Shown: positions 1 to 4,262 of the stretch, piece after piece | Layout of the letters: every line of letters begins with the position of its first letter | How positions within the stretch are numbered: position 1 is the first letter of the stretch | IMG/VR virus record: IMGVR_UViG_3300045988_024238 | Coordinates: 1-5,832 of that record | Length of the DNA stretch: 5,832 bases | From: a virus | Reading direction: 5' to 3' (one strand) | The notes under the pieces: model-generated | Database searches by the model: none | The model's input: the letters and a program-made list of their open reading frames with translations, nothing else | What the model was told of the DNA's origin: nothing | Position numbers and translations under genes: made by a program

Positions 1-55
1 ATGTTAACTATTTCTATCGTTCCTCCAGTTGTTAGTTTATTTTCCATGTCGTATA
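1..55. repeat. Terminal redundancy, copy 1 of an exact 55-nt direct repeat (identical to 5778..5832). It marks a circular genome of unit length 5777 nt.
   Basis: Read directly: nt 1-55 (atgttaactatttctatcgttcctccagttgttagtttattttccatgtcgtata) recur base for base at 5778-5832. The capsid reading frame is continuous across the join. Confidence 0.95.
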
Positions 56-659
56 ATATGGACCTGTTGGTGAATGTTGTGTTTACGTATGCTGATTTTA
101 CAAGGTAGTAGAAGTCTTTTTCTTGTTTGTTTGCATAGAAATTTTTGAAGATATCCAAGTATGCTAGGCATGGTACTGCATTATTCATTAATATTGTGTC
201 TAAAAACCCGCTTTTCATGCATCTTTGACCCATGTATGCTAGTATACTGCTAGATGAATATGTTAGGTGCGTGCTGTCTGTTATTGTCTGAGTTGTTACT
301 GTTTGTTCAATTTGTGGTAATTTGACCTTGCTCATGTCCAATCCGACATTTAGTGCATTGTTGTGTAGCATTGCGTTGTATAGTCTGAATGGCGCTGTAA
401 AGATGTCTATTTGCATTTTGTAGCTACCGAATAGTGGTCCTACTGTTGGATGCGTCATTACTTTAGTATCAATATCAATGTCGAATGTATCTCCTGGTAG
501 CCCTATTAATTTCATACATGGTACCAGCGTTCCTACACCCATGCTTGACCTCCAGGCATATGATAAATTGTGTGTACTTCTGTTGTAGGTTTTTAGGTCT
601 ATTTTCATGGAATTTCCACCGCCTAGTGTGTTCTTTCCGATTGATTTTGTGATGCTCAT
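1..659 (-). CDS. VP1: Major capsid protein (Microviridae VP1 / F family), 5' portion. ATG at 659. It continues across the circular junction into 5777..4562, giving 1875 nt = 624 aa in total.
   Basis: Hand translation of the - strand from ATG 659 has no stop down to nt 1: MSITKSIGKNTLGGGNSMKIDLKTYNRSTHNLSYAWRSSMGVGTLVPCMKLIGLPGDTFDIDIDTKVMTHPTVGPLFGSYKMQIDIFTAPFRLYN...NRSILYD. It then runs in frame (659-47=612, divisible by 3) into the MENKL... ORF. The segment G.LVP...LPGDTF...F.AP.RL matches the conserved N-terminal jelly-roll region of microvirus VP1 (compare Chlamydia-phage GYLIP..LPGDTF..FFVPLRLIW). The ORF track misses it because the ORF runs off the window edge. Confidence 0.93.
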   Translation of the reverse strand, partial: MSITKSIGKNTLGGGNSMKIDLKTYNRSTHNLSYAWRSSMGVGTLVPCMKLIGLPGDTFDIDIDTKVMTHPTVGPLFGSYKMQIDIFTAPFRLYNAMLHNNALNVGLDMSKVKLPQIEQTVTTQTITDSTHLTYSSSSILAYMGQRCMKSGFLDTILMNNAVPCLAYLDIFKNFYANKQEKDFYYLVKSAYVNTTFTNRSILYDMENKLTTGGTIEIVN

Positions 660-874
660 TTTTCTTCTTGTTTATGTTTTATCTCTTCGTGAATTGTAAA
701 CATTTCTGCTGTCATTGCGAGAATCATGTCCCATTTTGGTGTGTCTATGTACTCTAATGCTTCTGTTTTTGTCTTGAAGTGCTGTTCTGTTGCTAGGTGC
801 TTCCCTACCGTTATGATGAAGTCGTTTTGTTCCTCGTTCGTTGGTCTTACTATAAATAAGTCTTTTATTTCCAT
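656..874 (-). CDS. Hypothetical protein, 72 aa, acidic C-terminus. Stop overlaps the VP1 start (ATGA).
   Basis: ORF on the coding strand. The start lies 1 nt after the stop of the preceding ORF (TAA A ATG) and the stop TGA 658..656 overlaps VP1 ATG 659..657. I recognise no motif. Confidence 0.65.
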   Translation of the reverse strand: MEIKDLFIVRPTNEEQNDFIITVGKHLATEQHFKTKTEALEYIDTPKWDMILAMTAEMFTIHEEIKHKQEEK

Positions 875-875
875 T

Positions 876-1076
876 TTATTCTTTGTTAAAAAGTTTTACG
901 CTTGTGCTGTCCGCTGTTGCTTCTCCGCTTGTTTTGTTCTCGATTGTTTGATTGCTTCCTTTGTTGTTTTTGCTAATTGCTATCATGTTTGTACAACTTA
1001 CTCCCAGCCATGTCAGGATAGCTGATAACACGGCTACGATAATGTTTTTAATTAGTTGTTTTGTTTTGTCACTCAT
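876..1076 (-). CDS. Small predicted lipoprotein, 66 aa precursor (signal peptide plus lipobox, Cys28)
   Basis: MSDKTKQLIKNIIVAVLSAILTWLGVSC|TNMI...: Lys-rich n-region, uncharged hydrophobic h-region, then L-G-V-S-C. This satisfies the classical SPase II rule ([LIVMFWSTAG]2-[LIVMFYSTAGCQ]-[AGS]-C, Cys within residues 15-35, no charged residue in the 6 preceding positions). The mature part is a polar 39-aa peptide. Confidence 0.6.
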   Translation of the reverse strand: MSDKTKQLIKNIIVAVLSAILTWLGVSCTNMIAISKNNKGSNQTIENKTSGEATADSTSVKLFNKE

Positions 1077-1227
1077 TATATATTTTTTTTATAGTTTGTA
1101 TCTCCCAGCTATTTTTTGCAAGTTCCTTTTCCCATTTTGCGATTTTGCTTAAATTGTCCTGCATTACTATTGTTCTTACTTCTCCCGTTCGGGCGTCCAC
1201 GATTTCGCAAACCCAGTTCCACATCAT
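1069..1227 (-). CDS. Hypothetical protein, 52 aa (below ORF-track cutoff)
   Basis: Hand translation: MMWNWVCEIVDARTGEVRTIVMQDNLSKIAKWEKELAKNSWEIQTIKKIYNE*. It fills an otherwise empty gap on the coding strand. Its last 8 nt (ATGAGTGA) overlap the start of the 66-aa ORF. Composition is protein-like with an amphipathic helical C-terminal half. Confidence 0.45.
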   Translation of the reverse strand: MMWNWVCEIVDARTGEVRTIVMQDNLSKIAKWEKELAKNSWEIQTIKKIYNE

Positions 1228-1230
1228 AAC

Positions 1231-1308
1231 TCATCTGTCTTTTAATGATAAAATTATTATTAACATGATAACACTTATTGTGAGTGTTGTTATTAAATAT
1301 CCTTCCAT
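1231..1308 (-). CDS. Possible 25-aa single-pass membrane micropeptide
   Basis: Hand translation: MEGYLITTLTISVIMLIIILSLKDR*. It starts 16 nt after the 82-aa ORF stop and ends 3 nt before the 52-aa ORF start, so it tiles exactly. It is very short and AT-rich, so it could be chance. Confidence 0.25.
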   Translation of the reverse strand: MEGYLITTLTISVIMLIIILSLKDR

Positions 1309-1324
1309 TGTTTCTCGTGAAACA

Positions 1325-1573
1325 TTATTCAAATGCTTTTAATAGTTTTTTTTGTAGTAAACTTTCTACTTCCCTTAGATTTTTTGTGTAGTAAACTTCC
1401 TCGAAGTTATCTATTGTTATTATCCAGCCTTTGTCTGTTTTTGTTGCGTAACCTACATTATCGCCCATTTTTATTATACCGTATTGTTTTTCTCCTGATG
1501 TTTCTAATTGTTTATATCGTCTAAGATGTATCGTTTCTGGCTTGTATGCTTTGAAATAAATATTTCTGTCCAT
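1325..1573 (-). CDS. Hypothetical protein, 82 aa, first gene downstream of the candidate promoter
   Basis: ORF on the coding strand with an A-rich leader and no SD. No recognisable motif. Confidence 0.65.
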   Translation of the reverse strand: MDRNIYFKAYKPETIHLRRYKQLETSGEKQYGIIKMGDNVGYATKTDKGWIITIDNFEEVYYTKNLREVESLLQKKLLKAFE

Positions 1574-1598
1574 AACTTCTATTTTTTTTGATTTGCTT

Positions 1599-1631
1599 CA
1601 AATTTATTGTATTTTTCCCGAAAGTACCAAA
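1599..1631 (-). promoter_or_regulatory. Candidate Bacteroidetes-type promoter: -33 TTTG (1631..1628) and -7 TAAATTTG (1606..1599), 21-nt spacer
   Basis: The + strand reads caaattta at 1599-1606, so the - strand reads TAAATTTG, matching the Bacteroides TAnnTTTG -7 consensus. The + strand reads caaa at 1628-1631, giving TTTG on the - strand. The site lies about 26 nt upstream of ATG 1573. An AT-rich inverted repeat (aaaaatct tt agattttt, 1629..1646) overlaps the -33 element. Confidence 0.4.
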
Positions 1632-1655
1632 AATCTTTAGATTTTTTAAGATAAT

Positions 1656-1698
1656 CGCAACTCTGTTGCGTTACAAGGGTATAGGGACGGTTAGTCCC
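1656..1698. other. Two short GC-rich hairpins: cgcaa-ctctg-ttgcg (1656..1670) and gggac-ggtta-gtccc (1684..1698)
   Basis: Perfect 5-bp stems with 5-nt loops, read directly. The first loop carries the AACTCTGTT 9-mer that recurs in the iteron array. A third hairpin, tcgcac-aga-gtgcga, lies at 1757..1771. Confidence 0.5.
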
Positions 1699-1713
1699 GA
1701 TAGCGTTAGCACC

Positions 1714-1866
1714 TTAGACAACTTCCACCTGCCGTTTGTTTTGTAGTTCGATTCCGTCGCACAGAGTGCGAGCTTCCTCTGCTCTTTTCAACCATGCCCA
1801 CGTAAAATTATCTGATACCACCTGCTGACAACTATCTTGCATGTTATTTGGAAACCCCGCTATCAT
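1714..1866 (-). CDS. Possible 50-aa ORF in the GC-richer island of the control region (below ORF-track cutoff)
   Basis: Hand translation: MIAGFPNNMQDSCQQVVSDNFTWAWLKRAEEARTLCDGIELQNKRQVEVV*. It is bounded upstream by an in-frame TAA and has an alternative start at Met9 (1842). It coincides with a stretch visibly richer in G+C than its very AT-rich flanks. A second TAnnTTTG match (TAGTTTTG, 2035..2028) lies upstream but has no clear -33 TTTG. Confidence 0.35.
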   Translation of the reverse strand: MIAGFPNNMQDSCQQVVSDNFTWAWLKRAEEARTLCDGIELQNKRQVEVV

Positions 1867-1873
1867 TATAATT

Positions 1874-1898
1874 TATATATTTTTCTTTTAAATATATA
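1874..1898. repeat. AT-only inverted repeat (tatatattt - ttctttt - aaatatata), candidate easily melted element
   Basis: 9-bp perfect arms at 1874..1882 and 1890..1898 with a 7-nt spacer. It is embedded in an almost pure A/T stretch (about 1862..1915) next to the iteron array. Confidence 0.5.
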
Positions 1899-1917
1899 TC
1901 TATATGATGATAATAGC

Positions 1918-1993
1918 CTGTTAATATTGTTCATAACTCTGTTAATAGCTTGAAATACAATTATTTAAGCTGTTAATAACTCTGTTCATAACT
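1918..1993 (+). repeat. Iteron array I: five copies of (C/T)TGTT(A/C)ATA(A/G/T)(C/T)
   Basis: GTTAATATT 1920, GTTCATAAC 1929, GTTAATAGC 1941, GTTAATAAC 1972, GTTCATAAC 1984. The 11-mer ataactctgtt is exact at 1933..1943 and 1976..1986. Copy starts are spaced 9, 12, 31 and 12 nt apart, roughly multiples of a helical turn. Confidence 0.6.
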
Positions 1994-2104
1994 TTTTATA
2001 ACTTCTGCCTTTAAAATTTGCTTTTCTCAAAACTATTTATATATAAAAATCAATTCTTAATAATGTGTTAAATTCTCAAATACTTTTCAACAACTTTTCA
2101 ACAT

Positions 2105-2156
2105 ACTTATTAACCGTTTTTGTCCACTTATTAACACAAAAAAAGCGGTTATTAAC
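2105..2156 (+). repeat. Iteron array II: three copies of (C/G)TTATTAAC spaced exactly 21 nt apart
   Basis: acttattaac at 2105..2114 and 2126..2135, and gttattaac at 2148..2156, with starts at 2106, 2127 and 2148. On the viral (-) strand these read GTTAATAA(G/G/C), the same quasi-palindromic GTTAnTAAC family as array I. The third copy sits in the terminator hairpin and contains the rep stop codon. Confidence 0.55.
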
Positions 2157-2160
2157 CGCC
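2138..2160 (-). terminator. Intrinsic (rho-independent-type) terminator at the end of rep
   Basis: The - strand reads gaaaaGGCGGTTAATAACCGCTTTTTTTgtg. The palindrome gcggtta-t-taaccgc (2145..2159) is followed by a T7 tract (the + strand A-run 2138..2144). The rep stop TAA (2154..2152) lies in the loop. The stem is short: 4-5 GC-rich pairs plus AT pairs. Confidence 0.55.
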
Positions 2161-3087
2161 TTTTCGTTGTTCTTTTTGATATTCTTTGAGTTTTTGAAGT
2201 TGTTTTTTATGTCGTTCTCTTTCCCATTCCTCATAGTTTTCGTTGTATAATTCTTTTGCTCGTTCCCGGTAGTAATTCAGGATATTGTTGTATTCTTCTT
2301 CATTGTCTATTGATACCTTTTCGCCGCAAATATATCTGTATCCTCTCTCTTGTTTTTCTATCCAAAGCTTTTCACGTTCTTCTTCTGAATATATTTTCTT
2401 TCTGTAGTATTCAGGTAAAGGTAATTCCTGGCCATTAGGTAGTAGGTAATGTTCGTTTGTTTCTTTGTTTTCCTTGAACTTATTGCGTATGCTGTTAAAA
2501 CTATTTTCATAGCCTTTTCCGATACCTGCGCTGCATAGTATTATTCCTATGTAGTTTCTGTCTATTGGGTTTTCTTTTAGCATGTATTTAACGACATAGT
2601 TTATTGTCTTACTATTGCACATGTTTCCTTGGAATACAAATCCGTATTTCCAATTATTGCGTACAAGTTCGGGATCTCCCCAGCAAATTCCGTGTAGATG
2701 TATTCTCCCTGTGTTTTCTCCTAGTTCTGTGATAAACCAGTGTTTTATTGAATGTTTTGTTTTCTTTCTGATTCTTTCTAGCATTCTTTTGACTGCCAGT
2801 TTACAAATCGAATCTCTGTCTTTTTTTGTGCTGTTTGCCTTAAGTTTTTCGTATTCTTCGTTTGATATTGTTAATGTCCAGAATGTAGCTTTTTCGGGAT
2901 TGTTTTTGATTTCTTCATTTAACCTTATTACCCATTCTCTCTTCCTTGCTTTCCTGCATTCTATGCATCTACCGCATTTTGCTGGTACTAATAATAAACG
3001 CCTATCTTCACAGACAGGCGCTTTAAAGTTATTTTTTTTGTTTGGTTGGTATTTTTTGTTTTGTATGTATTTAGTATATAAGCACAT
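2152..3087 (-). CDS. VP4: Rolling-circle replication initiator (HUH superfamily I Rep, Microviridae VP4 / gene A family), 311 aa from ATG 3087. An alternative upstream ATG at 3123 gives 323 aa.
   Basis: Motif 1 FWTLTI. Motif 2 RIHLHGICW (HUH; His codons at 2700..2692). Motif 3 with two Tyr, NYVVKYMLK (compare phiX174 A, YVAKYVNK). Cys cluster CGRCIECRKARKREW. ATG 3087 gives an MCLYTKY... N-terminus and lies 2 nt after the VP2 stop (TAA AT ATG). Confidence 0.93.
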   Translation of the reverse strand: MCLYTKYIQNKKYQPNKKNNFKAPVCEDRRLLLVPAKCGRCIECRKARKREWVIRLNEEIKNNPEKATFWTLTISNEEYEKLKANSTKKDRDSICKLAVKRMLERIRKKTKHSIKHWFITELGENTGRIHLHGICWGDPELVRNNWKYGFVFQGNMCNSKTINYVVKYMLKENPIDRNYIGIILCSAGIGKGYENSFNSIRNKFKENKETNEHYLLPNGQELPLPEYYRKKIYSEEEREKLWIEKQERGYRYICGEKVSIDNEEEYNNILNYYRERAKELYNENYEEWERERHKKQLQKLKEYQKEQRKGG

Positions 3088-3089
3088 AT

Positions 3090-4136
3090 TTATTTTCGTA
3101 TTGTTTTGCCGAAGCCAGCCCATTTTCCGAATATTGCGCTGATTATTGCTGTTAGTAATTTCCCGTATTTACCTTCTCCTCCTAAATCGTTAATTAGGTC
3201 GCTTAGTGCTTTGTCTTGTTCGAATTGCCATTTCTGTATAGCTGTTTCGTTTTTTGCTTGTTTAGCTTCTTCTACCATTTTGCCGAATACCGCTATTTTA
3301 CCGTTGGCAATTTCATCTAATGCGTCTGATAGTTTTATCGCTACCTCTTTGTCGTTTTTAGCTTCTTGGTATTCTTTTTGTGATATACCGTAATCGGCTA
3401 ACATTCTTTGTAGTTCGTTTTCTTTAAATAATTCTGAAAATCCTTTTGTCCACACGGTTGTGCCGTTTACTTCGCCTTGTAGTGTTATACCTTTTCTTAA
3501 CTCGTTCAGGTAGTTGTTGAATTCTATGTTTTTGCTTTCTTCGTTTGTTTTGTGTATCTGACTTGTGAGTGATTCTATTCTTTTTTCTGATTCTTTTACC
3601 TCTTGTTTATTTTTGGCTGTTTCAGACTCTATATTTTCTGTGTCAACCGTCATCAGTTTTGCTGCTTCTGCATTTGCTTTTGCCGCTTGTGCTTCTGTTA
3701 GTTGTTTTTGCGCTTCCATGGTTTGCCATTGTATTGCCATTCCTACCCCTGTTGATGCTGGCAGACCTACACCTGCTGCACTTCCTGCTCCTGCTGCGCT
3801 TCCTCCACTACCACCATTTCCGTATAGTAATGCTGGGTTTAGTCCTGCATTTTTTAGGTGTTCAACTTGGTTTTCATAGTTTGTGTAATCCCACATTTCT
3901 TTCGATAATTCTGTGCTGTATTGCGCTTGTTCCTTGTTGTATTTAGACTGTAAAGCCATGTATTCAAGTTGCCTTTGATGTTCTCTTTCTTCGGCTTCTC
4001 TTGCTTTCTTTTCTTTTCTTGAGCCTAAGCCTAATAGTGAGCCTATTCCGCTTAATGCTCCTGTGACTAGTCCTCCTACACCTCCTGTCAGACCTCCTAG
4101 TGCTGCGCTTCCTAATGCTGTACCTATATTTCCCAT
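3090..4136 (-). CDS. VP2: DNA pilot / minor capsid protein (Microviridae VP2 / H-like), 348 aa
   Basis: Gly/Ala/Leu-rich hydrophobic N-terminus (GTALGSAALGGLTGGVGGLVTGALSGIGSLLGLG). Conserved VEHLKNAGLNPALLYG motif followed by a second Gly-rich tract. Long charged, coiled-coil-like region (AQKQLTEAQAAKANAEAAK...). Sits between the capsid module and rep, as in gokusho/alpaviruses. Confidence 0.85.
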   Translation of the reverse strand: MGNIGTALGSAALGGLTGGVGGLVTGALSGIGSLLGLGSRKEKKAREAEEREHQRQLEYMALQSKYNKEQAQYSTELSKEMWDYTNYENQVEHLKNAGLNPALLYGNGGSGGSAAGAGSAAGVGLPASTGVGMAIQWQTMEAQKQLTEAQAAKANAEAAKLMTVDTENIESETAKNKQEVKESEKRIESLTSQIHKTNEESKNIEFNNYLNELRKGITLQGEVNGTTVWTKGFSELFKENELQRMLADYGISQKEYQEAKNDKEVAIKLSDALDEIANGKIAVFGKMVEEAKQAKNETAIQKWQFEQDKALSDLINDLGGEGKYGKLLTAIISAIFGKWAGFGKTIRK

Positions 4137-4144
4137 TTTTCGTA

Positions 4145-4258
4145 GCTTTTTTTAAAAGCGTTAGTTACTTAGTTCATATATAAGAGCACACACGTACTAT
4201 CGTGTGATTCTTTAGAAGTAAGGGACTTAGATAAGTCCCTTATGCTCATACGTGCTCT
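4145..4258. other. Structured intergenic region: three hairpins plus an enclosing helix
   Basis: gctttt-ttt-aaaagc at 4145..4159. cacacg-tactat-cgtgtg at 4189..4206. A 24-nt perfect palindrome, taagggactta-ga-taagtccctta, at 4219..4242. agagcac (4183..4189) is complementary to gtgctct (4252..4258). No T-tract follows on the coding strand, so it is not a canonical terminator. Confidence 0.6.
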
Positions 4259-4262
4259 GCCG

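Noticed and set aside
1-55. The 55-nt terminal direct repeat as a biological terminal repeat (DTR/LTR) or mobile-element boundary.
   Set aside because: It interrupts the capsid gene, which reads through it in frame. Its length equals a common assembler k-mer. It is best explained as circular-contig overlap.
1109-1234. A 41-aa highly basic ORF (MSYDVELGLRNRGRPNGRSKNNSNAGQFKQNRKMGKGTCKK). Its ATG overlaps the stop of the 25-aa ORF (ATGA). Size and charge are reminiscent of phiX174 J-type DNA-packaging peptides.
   Set aside because: It overlaps the 52-aa ORF almost entirely in another frame, and that ORF has a more protein-like sequence and tiles with the downstream gene. I cannot tell from one sequence which frame, or whether both, is used. 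It remains a hypothesis for comparative analysis rather than a feature call.
1746-1755. A tRNA-like T-loop motif, GTTCGATTCC, suggesting a tRNA gene in the control region.
   Set aside because: The flanking bases (tgtag / ccgtc) do not form a T-stem, and I could not build acceptor or anticodon arms on either strand.
2063-2073. A dif/XerD-arm-like sequence (atgTGTTAAAT versus E. coli dif TTATGTTAAAT) as a possible Xer-dependent integration site. This is relevant because Bacteroidetes microvirus proviruses have been proposed to use host Xer recombinases.
   Set aside because: Only the XerD-like half matches (9/11). The position where a XerC arm should lie (2046..2056, aaaatcaattc) shows no similarity. 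The match is AT-rich and could be chance. It is worth a formal dif-profile scan but is not supportable from the sequence alone.
3088-3123. The longer Rep start at 3123 (MGWLRQNNTKIN...) and the longer 98-aa-protein start at 4631 (MGTNRIRNRIEKSNECKTNTKLIT...), as given by the ORF track.
   Set aside because: Both extensions lie inside the preceding gene. The downstream ATGs sit 2 nt after the upstream stop in an identical junction design, and MCLYTKY... resembles typical microvirus Rep N-termini. The upstream starts are kept only as alternatives.
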